Assembly (NCBI GenBank): GCA_963665665.1
Contig: OY762428.1
Coordinates: 3,013,200 to 3,077,199, forward strand
DNA: 64,000 nucleotides
Source of the DNA: Candidatus Kapaibacterium sp.
GTDB lineage: Bacteria; Bacteroidota; Ignavibacteria; Kapaibacteriales; UBA2268
Direction: 5' to 3'
Made by a program: the position numbers and the translations under genes. The notes below the pieces were generated by a model that had not been told where the DNA came from, did not search any database, and saw nothing but the letters and a program-made list of their open reading frames with translations. Positions within the stretch are counted from its first letter, which is position 1; the number at the start of each line of letters is the position of its first letter. Shown piece by piece: positions 1 to 11,199 of this stretch.

Positions 1-70
1 AAAGTTTTACAGAAATATTGACAACAATATTGAACAGATTAGTAATCCTAATTTAAAGCGATATTTTGAC

Positions 71-1465
71 TTGATAATTTCCACAGGTTTCGAATTTATT
101 ACACCTGATATTATTTTTGCTTTTGGTTTTGACAATTTAATTTTAAAATCATCCGATGGTGGTATAAATTGGAATGTGGTATCATATTATAAACCCGGAT
201 TAGATATTCATTGGGTTAATAATCAAACAGCATATAATTCTAATATTTCGGGAGTTGTTTACAAAACTACAAATGGAGGTATTACCTGGAAGTCACAAAA
301 AAAAATGGATTTTGATATTAAAAATTGGGCTTTTGATTATTGTTCATATTTTGATGATAGTGGTAAAGGTGTATTGTTTGGTTCCTTGACACAAAAAGGT
401 TATCCAAACGTGCTTTATACAAATGATAGCGGCAATACTTTCGATACTACATATATTGAAGAATTGGGGCACTATAGTTTCTCAAGTTATGAGGCGCCAT
501 TAATAAAACATGGTAGTGATTACAAATTATTCTATGCCGGAAATTACAATAATTGGAGTTATACTTTGCTGTTCACTATATCTGATGATTTCAAGTATGC
601 AAAAAAAGAAAGAATTGATTCTTTGCATTTTTGGGTTATAAAAAAATACAATAACCATTATTATGCTCTTGTACGAGATATGAGACACGATGACGGACAA
701 GAACCTGATACTTGCGTTTATCACATTCTAAAATCCATTGATCCTGGTATTAACTGGGATACTGTTGTAACAATGAGAACATTGGATACTATTATTCACT
801 ATATGGATGTAATTGATGGCTACGCATATCTTGGCGGTATATATTGGACAGGACGTGAGGACACATCAAGTTATCATGTGCTATATTTAGTTAATATTGA
901 TAATCGAAGTCATAAGTTATTGAAATTTGATAATATGGGAGCATATAATTCTTTTTTCAAATATAGAAATGATATTGTTACTGGTGCTAAAAATGGGATT
1001 ATGATCTGTTCAGATATTAAAAAGGATCCCTGGAATTGGGACTTAAAATCTATTCCGGGACAAACCATATGGTTTATTAAAGGTTTTTTTGACAATACAA
1101 TGTATGCTTATACCCTTGACAGACATTTCCTTAAATTCACATTCCACGAAGATACACCAGTAGAAGAATCAGGGGCAGAAGTAATAAAAATGTTCAACTA
1201 TCCTCCATATCCACAACCTGCAAACAACCATGTTAGTACGGAAATATACTGGGACAGCAGGTACGATATGCAAAACGCCACAATAACCGTGCACGACTAC
1301 ACGGGCAAAACAATCAGAAAACCCGGAGAGATAAGCGTAAATAAAATGAATGTATATCACGGCGAAATAATCTGGGATTGTTCCTCAGTCTCATCAGGAG
1401 TGTATTTTATTAATATCCGTCTTGGCGGCACAACAAGGACTGTGCCGGTGGTTGTAGGGCGGTGA
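71..1465 (+). CDS. BNR/Asp-box repeat protein with C-terminal T9SS-type sorting domain (possibly 5'-truncated at window edge)
   Basis: Repeated S-x-D-x-G-x-x-W/F Asp-box motifs (SSDGGINW, TTNGGITW, TNDSGNTF, SIDPGINW). Beta-rich C-terminal tail ending ...GVYFINIRLGGTTRTVPVVVGR, as in T9SS CTDs. The frame stays open from the TTG at 71 back to nt 2. Confidence 0.5.
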   Translation: MIISTGFEFITPDIIFAFGFDNLILKSSDGGINWNVVSYYKPGLDIHWVNNQTAYNSNISGVVYKTTNGGITWKSQKKMDFDIKNWAFDYCSYFDDSGKGVLFGSLTQKGYPNVLYTNDSGNTFDTTYIEELGHYSFSSYEAPLIKHGSDYKLFYAGNYNNWSYTLLFTISDDFKYAKKERIDSLHFWVIKKYNNHYYALVRDMRHDDGQEPDTCVYHILKSIDPGINWDTVVTMRTLDTIIHYMDVIDGYAYLGGIYWTGREDTSSYHVLYLVNIDNRSHKLLKFDNMGAYNSFFKYRNDIVTGAKNGIMICSDIKKDPWNWDLKSIPGQTIWFIKGFFDNTMYAYTLDRHFLKFTFHEDTPVEESGAEVIKMFNYPPYPQPANNHVSTEIYWDSRYDMQNATITVHDYTGKTIRKPGEISVNKMNVYHGEIIWDCSSVSSGVYFINIRLGGTTRTVPVVVGR

Positions 1466-1557
1466 TTATTTTCCGGGGATTGATAATTTTTTGGGGTAGT
1501 ATAGGTTTAAATTATTTGTTTGAGTAAGGAAGATAACTGAACCAAATAATTGGTTGC

Positions 1558-1720
1558 TACTCAGCTAAGATGATATTATTCTGTTTTGAAAAGAATAATT
1601 GAGAAATTGTAATTACCCGATTTGTCGGGGCAGGCTTTCAGAGCTTGCGATAGAAGAATACACTTGTATTTTGTATAAAAATATGAAGAACAGACTCTTC
1701 GTTGCTCTCAGAGTAACATT
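1558..1720. repeat. Dispersed palindromic element copy A (5' module tactcagctaagatgatatt... plus hairpin module)
   Basis: Shares tactcagctaagatgatattatWctgttttgaaaagaaYaattg and the gagcttgcgaNNgaagaat...atgaagaaNNgaNtcttcg...ctcagagtaacat palindrome with the copies at 21369, 13519 and 36724. Confidence 0.6.
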
Positions 1721-1795
1721 TCCTGGATTTTTAAACATCTGACATGTTTTCCTTTTATGCTGAGTTGTTACTCTTTTCATTACGAATAAAAACAA

Positions 1796-1830
1796 AAAAG
1801 CTCCGAAAATCGGAGCTTTTTAAAATATTT
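1796..1830. terminator. Bidirectional rho-independent terminator between convergent genes
   Basis: aaaaaagctccgaaaatcggagcttttt: GC stem gctccga/tcggagc flanked by A-tract and T-tract. Confidence 0.6.
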
Positions 1831-1847
1831 TATTCTAACCGGAATTC

Positions 1848-2252
1848 TTATTTATCAGAATCCTTCTTGTCCTTTGCCGGTGCTGGTTTGCTTTCCGGAG
1901 CAGCCTGTGGTACAGTCTGAAGCGGCATTTGCGGTGACTCTATAGGAGCTGCAACACCTTCAGTAACCGGTTTTTTAACTTCTGTTTCAGAACCAACAAA
2001 GAAGAGATTTGTGATCAGGGCAATTGCTGCGATAACGCCGGCAAGAACCATCGTGATTTTCTGAAGTGTATCCATCATCTGTTTAGCGCCAAAAACCGAA
2101 CTCATCTGGCCGGTAAGCCCGCTGAGGCCCGAAGCCATATCGCTCTTGCCCGGCTGTGCCAAAACAACAATTATCAGAAGTATAGATGCTATTATTGCCA
2201 AAATTGAAAAAACTACTATCATTTTTCTATATCCAAACTTTTCAATAATCAC
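1848..2252 (-). CDS. secG: Preprotein translocase subunit SecG (start more likely the internal ATG at 2222 than the GTG at 2252)
   Basis: Two TM helices separated by QPGKSDMASGLSGLTGQMSSVFG, matching the SecG pattern (QxGKGxDMGASFG). Low-complexity Pro/Ala/Lys tail. Confidence 0.7.
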   Translation of the reverse strand: MIIEKFGYRKMIVVFSILAIIASILLIIVVLAQPGKSDMASGLSGLTGQMSSVFGAKQMMDTLQKITMVLAGVIAAIALITNLFFVGSETEVKKPVTEGVAAPIESPQMPLQTVPQAAPESKPAPAKDKKDSDK

Positions 2253-2595
2253 TAAAAAACTGAATTACTAAAATATGGACAAAAGCTTAATTTTCAAAAC
2301 ATTTTTTTTTATTTTTCAATTTGTACTATATTTTTTCATTCTTTCCTATCCGAAAATTCAAGTCGATGAAGTGTTGAAATTATTTTATTTTCTGTTTGGG
2401 AATTGAATTTAATCAGCCTTGAACATTTATAATTGTTGCAATACCGGGTATCCGGGGGTGTAATGATGTTTTAAGATTTTTTTAGTAATTACTGCCAATG
2501 AGAAATTGCCAGTTTTGTTTCTTTTTTTGTAAATTTAAGAATAAATTGAAATTGACGAGAGAAATATTAATTTTAAATATATCGGGGCGCTCAAA

Positions 2596-5367
2596 ATGAA
2601 CAATAAAAGGAAACTTTTCCACACACTATTAGCATTTGCTATTATATTGAATATTATTCCGGGCTATGCCGCTGAAAAAAAGAAATTTAATTTTGAAGAT
2701 GTCCTGAAATTCAGGGCTATTGAAAATGCGAAACTATCGGAGGACGGCGACTGGCTGATATATAATACCGCTCCCGACATTGGGAATAAGGAAATGGTTG
2801 TTAAGAAAATAATGGATTCCACCATTGATTTTCATGTTGAAAGAGCATCCAATCCAATAATATCAACAAATAATAAGTGGGTTGCAGCAAAATATAATCC
2901 TGATTTTATCAAGCTTGCCAACTCTGCAAAGGGCAAGGCACCCAAAAGCGGAATGCTGCTGTTGAACACTTCCACCGGGGAACAAATTATTAAAAAAGAC
3001 ATAGCTTCATTTGAATTTTCCGGCAATTCTGAATGGCTTATCTACAGCCCCTATCCTGATAAAAACGACAAAGAGGAAGCCCCTGAAAAATATAAGATGA
3101 AGAAGATAGGATCTGAACTTGTTATGCATCACCTTGGAAGTGGTACGGAAATAATTATTCCAGGCGTAACAGAGTATTATGCAGACAGTTCATCAACTTT
3201 TATTTTCTATGCAAGATCAGAAAGAAATGCTGATTCCGATGGTATTTATTACCGTAGCCTGAAAGAAGGATATTGCCCCGAAAGGCCGATACAAAAAATG
3301 GAAAATCATCTTTTTTCCAATCTAACATGGAATAACGCCACGGGCAGGCTGGCATATCTTTCGGCAGGGCTTCAGGATGACGGCAAACCATATAAAGCCT
3401 CGCTCTGGTTCTGGGATTCAAATGAAAAATCAATTATATCTGCAATTACTATGAGCGGCGTAGGGGAGGGCAATTATATTCCTTCAAAAAATAAACTGGC
3501 ATGGTCCGAGGACGGCGGAATTATTTTTGTTGGTACGAAACCGGATGCAGAAAGATACCAGGATGATGAAACCAAAATTATATTCAATAAAGAAAATATT
3601 CTTAATCCTGACAGCATTACTGCTTCGGCTGACCTTGATATCTGGCACAATAACGACCCGTTGATAAAAACAAATGAAAAGAAAACCTGGCCCGGGAAAA
3701 GGGACAGGTTCTATTATGGTGTTTATCATGTTGGTGATTCCCGGTTCGTTCAGCTTGCAGCGCCTGATATGTCGGAAATAATCACAACGGATAATCATAA
3801 TTATACTATTGGTTTTGCAGATGCTCCATACCTGAAGGAGATACAGTGGGACGGTTGGTACAGGGATTTATACCTTGTAAACCTGAAAACAGGAAACAGA
3901 AAATTATTAGAGAAAAGAATATATGACCACGCTTCAATTTCGCCGCTTGGAAAATTCGTGGCTTATTATAATGATAAACAATGGTTCCTTTACGATGTTG
4001 CAAAGGATTCACTCTTGAATATTACAGAATCCATTGGCCTTCCGTTTCATGATGTTGACTGGGACATTCCGGCACCCGCGCCATCTTATGGTTTTCTTGG
4101 GTGGTTCGAAAACGATGATGCTTTTTGTGTTTACGACAAATTTGACCCCTGGATGTTTCTCACCGGAGACGGGTATAGTAAATTTTGTATGACTTTGGGC
4201 GAAGGAAGAGATATTGGGGCTAAGTTCCGCGTTATCAAAACCAGGAAAAACAGGAAGTTTATTTCTTCAAAGGACAGCCTCTATCTTGAAGCATTTAGTG
4301 AAAAAAATAAATGGCAGGGGATTTATATTCATGAAACATGGATTCAGGGAATCAAGGAATATATTCGCGATCCGAATTATCAGTTTAACCTGCTGGAAAA
4401 GGTGGAAAACAGGGACAGATTTTTATATACTCGTGAATCTTACGATGAATTCCCTGACCTGTGGATAGGCGACGGTGAATTCGACCGCCTGACACGAGTA
4501 AGCAATTTGGATAAACAACTTGAACCTTTTTCCTGGGGGAAGGCTGAACTTACTTCGTGGAAAAACGGAAGAGGCCAGGACTTGCAGGGAGTTATTATCA
4601 AGCCGGACAATTTCGAAGAGGGAAAAAAATACCCGGTATTGATTTACTTCTATGAAAGATTTTCCGACAGGCTGCATCAGTTTGTTATGCCGAGGATAAA
4701 CCACAGGCCATGCTACCCGTTATATGTCAGCGATGATTATATAATGCTGTTGCCGGATATTAAGTATGTTTCCGGAGATCCGGGAACCGACGCAACCGAT
4801 GCACTTGTCAGGGGAGCGCAGCATTTAATTGATATGGGAATCGCAGATCCGGACAAAATTGCCATACAGGGGCACTCATGGGGCGGATATGAATCTGCTT
4901 ACATTGTTACCAGAACCAATATGTTTGCGGCATGTTGCACGGGAGCTCCTGTTGGGAACATGACAAGCGCTTACAGCGGTATCAGGCTGGGGACAGGCTT
5001 GAGCAGGCAATTCCAGTACGAGAAATGGCAAAGCCGAATCGGGGGCAATCTCTGGGATTCACTTGATAATTATATTCGGAACTCACCTGTGTTCCAGGCC
5101 AGGACAATGAATACGCCAATGCTGATCATGTTTGGCGACAATGACGAAGCTGTGCCATGGGAACAGGGTATAGAACTTTATCTTGCTTTTCGCAGACTTG
5201 ATAAAAATGCCCTGATGCTGCAATATAGAAATGAGCCGCATCACCCGAAAAAGATGAGGAACAAACTTGATTATGCTATTAAAATGAAAGAATTTTTTGA
5301 TCATTACCTGAAAAATACAAAAATGCCTGAATGGATGGAAAAAGGGATTCCCTACAGGGGTGAATAA
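2596..5367 (+). CDS. S9 family serine peptidase (prolyl oligopeptidase/dipeptidyl-peptidase-like), secreted
   Basis: N-terminal signal peptide, long beta-propeller-like N-domain, C-terminal alpha/beta-hydrolase with nucleophile elbow GHSWGGY and downstream Asp/His. Confidence 0.75.
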   Translation: MNNKRKLFHTLLAFAIILNIIPGYAAEKKKFNFEDVLKFRAIENAKLSEDGDWLIYNTAPDIGNKEMVVKKIMDSTIDFHVERASNPIISTNNKWVAAKYNPDFIKLANSAKGKAPKSGMLLLNTSTGEQIIKKDIASFEFSGNSEWLIYSPYPDKNDKEEAPEKYKMKKIGSELVMHHLGSGTEIIIPGVTEYYADSSSTFIFYARSERNADSDGIYYRSLKEGYCPERPIQKMENHLFSNLTWNNATGRLAYLSAGLQDDGKPYKASLWFWDSNEKSIISAITMSGVGEGNYIPSKNKLAWSEDGGIIFVGTKPDAERYQDDETKIIFNKENILNPDSITASADLDIWHNNDPLIKTNEKKTWPGKRDRFYYGVYHVGDSRFVQLAAPDMSEIITTDNHNYTIGFADAPYLKEIQWDGWYRDLYLVNLKTGNRKLLEKRIYDHASISPLGKFVAYYNDKQWFLYDVAKDSLLNITESIGLPFHDVDWDIPAPAPSYGFLGWFENDDAFCVYDKFDPWMFLTGDGYSKFCMTLGEGRDIGAKFRVIKTRKNRKFISSKDSLYLEAFSEKNKWQGIYIHETWIQGIKEYIRDPNYQFNLLEKVENRDRFLYTRESYDEFPDLWIGDGEFDRLTRVSNLDKQLEPFSWGKAELTSWKNGRGQDLQGVIIKPDNFEEGKKYPVLIYFYERFSDRLHQFVMPRINHRPCYPLYVSDDYIMLLPDIKYVSGDPGTDATDALVRGAQHLIDMGIADPDKIAIQGHSWGGYESAYIVTRTNMFAACCTGAPVGNMTSAYSGIRLGTGLSRQFQYEKWQSRIGGNLWDSLDNYIRNSPVFQARTMNTPMLIMFGDNDEAVPWEQGIELYLAFRRLDKNALMLQYRNEPHHPKKMRNKLDYAIKMKEFFDHYLKNTKMPEWMEKGIPYRGE

Positions 5368-5469
5368 TTTCAGGTAACCGATATTTGTGCAAATTGCCAG
5401 GCAACATTAATTTTTTAAAAAAAGCAATGATAGCCGGATCTAAGAACAATTTGCCATGGGCATTTTTCA

Positions 5470-5512
5470 AAAAAAAACCTTCCGAAGTGTATAATTCTTC
5501 GGAAGGTTTTTA
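5470..5512. terminator. Bidirectional rho-independent terminator (S9 peptidase / ispD convergent pair)
   Basis: aaaaaaaaccttccgaagtgtataattcttcggaaggttttt: 10-bp perfect stem with flanking A/T runs. Confidence 0.7.
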
Positions 5513-5539
5513 AATCTTAATAACTATTTCAGGCAGAAA

Positions 5540-6268
5540 TTATATCGAAGTTTCGTAACCGGCATCTTTCATTTTCTGGTCACGCGCTTCTTTAATAAGA
5601 ACTTCTGCAATGTGCCTGTCCATGGGTGTTGTAATTTTCAGGTTATTATCATCGCCGTCAATTACCTGTACTTTATAGCTCATGAATTCTACAAGTGATG
5701 CACTGTCAGTACCGATAAATCCTGCTTTGGTTGCATTCACATAAGCATTGTAAATAAGTTCCTGCCAGAATCCCTGCGGAGTTTGTACCATTTTCAGGTA
5801 TTCGCGGCGCATTGTTTTTAGAACAGTACCCTGCTTTGTAACTTCCTTGATAGTTTCCTTTGGAGATAGTGCCGGAATAACGGCTCCGAATTCTTCTGTT
5901 TGTTCAATGATTTTCTTTACGAGTGCCGGAGTGGCAAGAGGCCTGACAGCATCGTGTATAAGAACGATATCGGATGATTCTGCCGAGGCTGTTTCCAGGC
6001 CGTTTAGTACTGAGTGCTGCCTTGTTTCGCCGCCTTCAATTATTTCCCTGACTTTTGTAAGCTTGTACTTAATTGCCATTTCCCGCATTTTATTAATGTA
6101 TTCCTCATGAACCGGCAAAACAACATGTTCCACTTCAGGGCACATTTCAAATATCCTGATAGTATGAACAATTACTGGAGCGCCGTCAATTTCGATGAAC
6201 TGTTTGGGAATGTCTGCCCCAAACCTGCTGCCGACGCCTGCTGCCGGTATTATCACACTTGTTTTCAT
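5540..6268 (-). CDS. ispD: 2-C-methyl-D-erythritol 4-phosphate cytidylyltransferase
   Basis: N-terminal IIPAAGVGSRFG...PKQF, central HDAVRP, C-terminal KITTPMD. These are typical IspD signature blocks at typical length. Confidence 0.9.
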   Translation of the reverse strand: MKTSVIIPAAGVGSRFGADIPKQFIEIDGAPVIVHTIRIFEMCPEVEHVVLPVHEEYINKMREMAIKYKLTKVREIIEGGETRQHSVLNGLETASAESSDIVLIHDAVRPLATPALVKKIIEQTEEFGAVIPALSPKETIKEVTKQGTVLKTMRREYLKMVQTPQGFWQELIYNAYVNATKAGFIGTDSASLVEFMSYKVQVIDGDDNNLKITTPMDRHIAEVLIKEARDQKMKDAGYETSI

Positions 6269-6284
6269 TTTTCTCCTTTACAAA

Positions 6285-7595
6285 TCATGGTTGATATTTA
6301 TATTTTTCCGTTACTGTCATTGGCCTTGCCAGCCTGAAATCCCCGAATCCGGTATTGTCCACGAAAATAAATTCCCTGTTTTGCTGGTAAATCCATTTTT
6401 CATAAGTTCTTCCGTCTCCGTATCCTGAATATCTCTCGCTTTGCAATGGTTTTCCGAATATTACAAAAACCATTCCCTTATCTGTCATCCATCCTTCCGT
6501 GTAAGCTTTAAAGCTGTTATTAGCATATTCAATCCTGGAATAAAACTGCTCGAAAGCTTCGTTCTTTTCCGTACCGGGGCTTGGATCAAGTTTTTTCCAA
6601 AAAGATTCGAACCTGGATTGCTTTTCATCTATGTCAGCGGCTTCTTCAATAAAGTCAATATCATCGCTGTATGCAACATAGCGCAATTGTTTAATAGCTT
6701 TTTCCAGGTCGTTCATAACCATTAAGCCAACTGTTCTTATAACTTTAATCGACCGTCTGGCAACTGCCGCCGCAATTAGGGAGTCAGGGTTTAAAGTATC
6801 GCTTCTGCGATAAGCAGTCAGCTGCAGGGTATAAGCTCCCATTTTTAATTTATTTGTATTTTCAATCCTGACAAATTCCCTGTTTACCCCTTTTTCCAGA
6901 TTGAAAGGCTTGCTTTCTCCTTCCTGAATTATCATATCATCGGTGTTTAGTATCTGGTATTTTATTTCAATATTTTCTGCCTGCATGCGGTTATACACTT
7001 CAAAGAAGGCAAAGAATCCGCTTTCCAGGTCTCCAATATTATCATTGGGATGTGGGGTGATTACATATCTGTCATTTTTCTTTTCGATGGAACTTACAAT
7101 CAGGATGCCGCTCATTGACAGATCATAAACATCAAAATCCAAAACAGAAATGGTGCGGGAACGGCTGTAGTCTTTTCCGGCACTAAGGTCGCTCATTTCA
7201 CATTTTATTTTGTAAGTACCAACAGGCAGCTCAAAAATTGTTTGTGAATAATCAAACTCGGCATTTCCACCCTGGCTTTTGTCATAACTGTCGAGTTTCA
7301 TTCCTCCCTTAATATGCTTTGAATCAACAATGGAACCGTCATCATTGAAAACAGCAATGTTCATATCATATCTTGCACCGTATATATTGCCAGATTTGAC
7401 AAAACGAAGTGATTTTGCGGGCACAATAGTATAAACGTCCACCCTGGCCTTGCCGGGTTCTTCCGAATCAAACACCACTGCATCGAAAAAAAATGCCCGG
7501 ACATCTTTTTGTTTAAGATTGTCCCGGGCAATTATATCGTTTGCCGTGGTAAAAAGTAATGCTATTATTAGTAATTTAACTTTCAGTTTATCCAT
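6285..7595 (-). CDS. GWxTD domain-containing secreted protein
   Basis: Signal peptide; C-terminal block YTEGWMTDKGMVFVIFGKP matches the GWxTD motif of Bacteroidota-type GWxTD proteins. Confidence 0.6.
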   Translation of the reverse strand: MDKLKVKLLIIALLFTTANDIIARDNLKQKDVRAFFFDAVVFDSEEPGKARVDVYTIVPAKSLRFVKSGNIYGARYDMNIAVFNDDGSIVDSKHIKGGMKLDSYDKSQGGNAEFDYSQTIFELPVGTYKIKCEMSDLSAGKDYSRSRTISVLDFDVYDLSMSGILIVSSIEKKNDRYVITPHPNDNIGDLESGFFAFFEVYNRMQAENIEIKYQILNTDDMIIQEGESKPFNLEKGVNREFVRIENTNKLKMGAYTLQLTAYRRSDTLNPDSLIAAAVARRSIKVIRTVGLMVMNDLEKAIKQLRYVAYSDDIDFIEEAADIDEKQSRFESFWKKLDPSPGTEKNEAFEQFYSRIEYANNSFKAYTEGWMTDKGMVFVIFGKPLQSERYSGYGDGRTYEKWIYQQNREFIFVDNTGFGDFRLARPMTVTEKYKYQP

Positions 7596-7690
7596 CTGTT
7601 TTCCGTTTTTGCATTTACGAAACCTGTAAAATTAACAATACTCTGTTAATTATCTGTTATTTTGACGCATTTTTTTTCAAATTGTTGAAA

Positions 7691-8449
7691 TTAATTTTTA
7701 AAAACAGAATAAATCACCAATCCGCTCATTAATTCTTTAATATCATCTCTAAGTTTTTTTATATCATTCTTTCTTGTGAAAACAGAAGCCTGAATTGTTC
7801 CGAAATATCCTGAAACATAATAATTGACATATACCATCGGCCCTGATTTTAAGGTGGCTTCCATTTCTACGGCAAGCATTTTTATTCCGTTTACCCATAT
7901 TTCTTCTTCTTTGGTAAATTTGGTATCCGGGGCTGCCATTTTGTAATTTTCCAGAGCCTGGTTCTTCAGGCTGTCCAGGGATATTCTGTTTTTATTAAAA
8001 ATTGTCAGGCCGAAAGCTGATTTGGCTTTATTTAAAAATTTCAGGTCAACCTCGGGATTAGGGCTTTGCCCGTCATTTACATCCCATTTGTCAAGGTTTA
8101 TCCATAATCCGTAGGGGCCTTTTTTACTTTCCAGCAGGAAATCAGAACTTGCCGGTTTGGAAACAATAGTAGCAGTGCTGTCTGTCGGGGTAAAATATCC
8201 CCATGTGCTATCCGGATACAGGATAAGCATTTCTCCGGACTTCAGAAGAACAGTGTCGGCTTCAGGAATTACCGACCATGTGTTGTCGGTTCTTAAAAGT
8301 GCTTTTTTGCCGTTTTTAAGTGGTATTATTCTTTCCTGCGATATTGTTCCCGAAGTGATTAAGAAAAGGCTGAAAATCAAAACCAAGATTGTTTTATTCA
8401 AATTTAAAGTTTGTATCATAATGATTTCATGATGGAAATTTAACAACAC
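7691..8449 (-). CDS. Hypothetical secreted/lipoprotein-like protein
   Basis: Complete ORF with N-terminal hydrophobic signal sequence; no recognisable catalytic motif. Confidence 0.4.
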   Translation of the reverse strand: MLLNFHHEIIMIQTLNLNKTILVLIFSLFLITSGTISQERIIPLKNGKKALLRTDNTWSVIPEADTVLLKSGEMLILYPDSTWGYFTPTDSTATIVSKPASSDFLLESKKGPYGLWINLDKWDVNDGQSPNPEVDLKFLNKAKSAFGLTIFNKNRISLDSLKNQALENYKMAAPDTKFTKEEEIWVNGIKMLAVEMEATLKSGPMVYVNYYVSGYFGTIQASVFTRKNDIKKLRDDIKELMSGLVIYSVFKN

Positions 8450-8634
8450 GAATTTTGCAATTTAATTTATTTTTTTGGTTTTTCCTTTTCTTCTCTATAT
8501 TTTATTGCATATTTGCATTTAAAGCCATATTTTTGGCTGGCAAAGTGAACAAACCGCTACGAACAAATATTATCGCTCGGCAATATAGATTTTAACTCTT
8601 TAACATATATTTTAATTATCCCCGAGGTGTAATT

Positions 8635-10902
8635 ATGATCTTTGATCTTGATATGATTAAAGCCCACTACGCGAATTTTGCCGACAAAGTGAATAAAGCA
8701 CGCGACGTGGTTGGCAGGCCGATGACGCTTGCCGAGAAAATTCTTTATGCTCATTTATTCGATCAGAATGAATTAAAAAGCTTCAAAAGAGGCGAAGACT
8801 ATGTTAACTTTCACCCGGACAGGGTAGCGATGCAGGATGCAACCGCGCAGATGGCGCTCCTGCAATTTATGCAGGCTGGCAGGCCCCGGGCTGCAGTACC
8901 TTCCACAGTGCATTGCGACCACCTGATACAGGCTAAGGTTGGAGCTGAAACCGACCTGGCAGTAGCAAAAGATACAAATAAGGAAGTATATGATTTCCTC
9001 TCATCAGTATCAAATAAATATGGTATCGGATTCTGGAAACCCGGCGCAGGTATTATCCACCAGGTAGTGCTCGAAAACTATGCTTTCCCCGGCGGAATGA
9101 TGATCGGCACAGATTCGCACACTGTTAATGCCGGCGGCCTGGGAATGGTGGCAATCGGCGTTGGCGGAGCAGATGCTGTTGACGTAATGGCAGGTATGCC
9201 CTGGGAATTGAAATTCCCCAAACTTATCGGCGTGAAACTTACCGGTAAGATGAGCGGCTGGACTTCTGCAAAGGACGTTATACTTAAAGTTGCAGGAATC
9301 CTAACCGTTAAAGGCGGTACCGGAGCAATTGTAGAATATTTCGGGCCGGGAGCTGAATCAATTTCCTGTACGGGCAAAGGTACAATATGCAATATGGGCG
9401 CCGAAATCGGAGCTACAACCTCTACATTTGGTTTTGATGACAAGATGTATGATTATCTTGCTGCAACAGGCCGAAAAGAAGTTGCCGATATGGCGAGGGA
9501 AATCGGCTCGTATCTTACAGGCGACGATGAAGTTTATGCTCATCCGGATGATTATTTCGATGAATTGATCGAGATAAACCTTTCTGAACTTGAGCCTCAT
9601 ATCAATGGGCCGTTTACACCCGACCTTGCTACTCCGATATCAAAATTTGCAGAAGCAGTAAAAGAAAATGACTGGCCGGAAAAACTTGAAGTAGGGCTAA
9701 TCGGTTCCTGTACTAACTCATCCTACGAGGATATTTCTCGTGCTGCCTCGCTTGCACAGCAGGCAGTAGATAAAAACCTGAAAGTAAAATCAGAATATAC
9801 TATCACTCCGGGTTCCGAACTGGTTCGCTACACAATCGAACGCGACGGATTTATAAATATATTTGAAAAAATTGGCGGAGTGGTTCTGGCAAATGCCTGC
9901 GGCCCCTGCATTGGACAATGGGCAAGGCATGGCGCCGATAAAAAAGAAAAAAATGCAATTATAACATCATTCAACAGGAACTTTGCCAAGAGAAATGACG
10001 GCAACCCGAATACACACGGATTCGTGGCTTCGCCCGAAATGGTTACTGCCATGGCAATAAGCGGTAGTATGCTGTTTAATCCCATGACTGATAAACTAAT
10101 GAATGAAAACGGCGAAGAAGTTATGCTGGACGAGCCGACAGGCGAAGAACTCCCCGCAAAGGGATTCGATGTTGAAGATCCGGGATACCAGGCTCCTGCA
10201 GATGACGGCAGTGGTATTGAAGTTGTTGTTAGTCCGGAATCCGAGCGTCTTCAGATTCTTACTCCGTTTGCCCCATGGGACGGAAAGGACTATACCGGCC
10301 TGAAACTATTGATTAAAGCTTTCGGAAAATGCACAACTGACCATATTTCAATGGCCGGCCCCTGGCTAAGGTTCCGCGGCCATCTGGATAATATTTCCAA
10401 TAATATGCTTACCGGTGCTGTTAATGCATTCAACAAGGAAACAAACAAGGTTAAAAACCAGCTTTCCGGCGGGTACGGTGGTGTTCCTGATGTACAGAGG
10501 GAATATAAAGCTGATGGTATTGCATCCATAGTTGTTGGCGATGAAAACTACGGCGAGGGTTCCTCACGTGAGCATGCCGCCATGGAACCAAGGCATCTTG
10601 GGGTGAAAGTTGTTCTGGTGAAATCATTTGCAAGAATTCACGAAACAAACCTTAAAAAACAGGGTATGCTTGGAATTACTTTCGAAAACAAGGACGATTA
10701 TGATAAAATCCTCGAAGACGATACTATTGATATTAAAGGCCTTGCAGAATTTGCTCCGGGTAAACAGTTAACTGTTGTGCTTCATCATAAGGATGGCAGC
10801 GTGGAGGAATTCCAGGTTAACCATACATATAACCAGTACCAGATAGAATGGTTTAAAGCAGGTTCGGCGCTGAATCTTATTCGTAAGCAATTCGGCGGCT
10901 GA
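8635..10902 (+). CDS. acn: Aconitate hydratase (about 750-aa mitochondrial-type family)
   Basis: Aconitase Fe-S ligand motifs GTDSHT and [11 protein letters not shown], and ...[10 protein letters not shown]; 755 aa. Confidence 0.9.
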   Translation: MIFDLDMIKAHYANFADKVNKARDVVGRPMTLAEKILYAHLFDQNELKSFKRGEDYVNFHPDRVAMQDATAQMALLQFMQAGRPRAAVPSTVHCDHLIQAKVGAETDLAVAKDTNKEVYDFLSSVSNKYGIGFWKPGAGIIHQVVLENYAFPGGMMIGTDSHTVNAGGLGMVAIGVGGADAVDVMAGMPWELKFPKLIGVKLTGKMSGWTSAKDVILKVAGILTVKGGTGAIVEYFGPGAESISCTGKGTICNMGAEIGATTSTFGFDDKMYDYLAATGRKEVADMAREIGSYLTGDDEVYAHPDDYFDELIEINLSELEPHINGPFTPDLATPISKFAEAVKENDWPEKLEVGLIGSCTNSSYEDISRAASLAQQAVDKNLKVKSEYTITPGSELVRYTIERDGFINIFEKIGGVVLANACGPCIGQWARHGADKKEKNAIITSFNRNFAKRNDGNPNTHGFVASPEMVTAMAISGSMLFNPMTDKLMNENGEEVMLDEPTGEELPAKGFDVEDPGYQAPADDGSGIEVVVSPESERLQILTPFAPWDGKDYTGLKLLIKAFGKCTTDHISMAGPWLRFRGHLDNISNNMLTGAVNAFNKETNKVKNQLSGGYGGVPDVQREYKADGIASIVVGDENYGEGSSREHAAMEPRHLGVKVVLVKSFARIHETNLKKQGMLGITFENKDDYDKILEDDTIDIKGLAEFAPGKQLTVVLHHKDGSVEEFQVNHTYNQYQIEWFKAGSALNLIRKQFGG

Positions 10903-10930
10903 TTCTCAAAACAGTTCTAATATATAATTA

Positions 10931-10970
10931 CATCGTCCGGTGATCTTATTTCGCCGGACGATTTTTGTTT
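10931..10970 (+). terminator. Rho-independent terminator after aconitase
   Basis: catcgtccggtgatcttatttcgccggacgatttttgttt: stem cgtccgg/ccggacg followed by a T-run. Confidence 0.6.
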
Positions 10971-11110
10971 GTTAATTTCTGTTGAAATTAAATGATGTTA
11001 CAGGAATAAGATATCATTACTCTGAAAAAACATTATGAGAATAATGGCGTAAATTAACATGTCGGATTTATTAATAATTGTTACTGTATCAATAAATCTG
11101 AACAATAAAA

Positions 11111-11190
11111 TATTATCATGCCTGACCTCCCCAAACCCCTCTCCTTCGGGGAAGTTGCCACACCTCGTGTGTTTGGGAGGTGTCAGAAGC
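11111..11190. repeat. Left boundary repeat of the repeat island (about 40 bp, near-identical copy at 14318-14390)
   Basis: ctctccttcggggaagttgccacacctcgtgtgtttgggaggtg recurs at 14340-14385 with 2-3 mismatches. It contains the hairpin cctccccaaac...gtttgggagg. Confidence 0.6.
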
Positions 11191-11199
11191 TAAGCACCA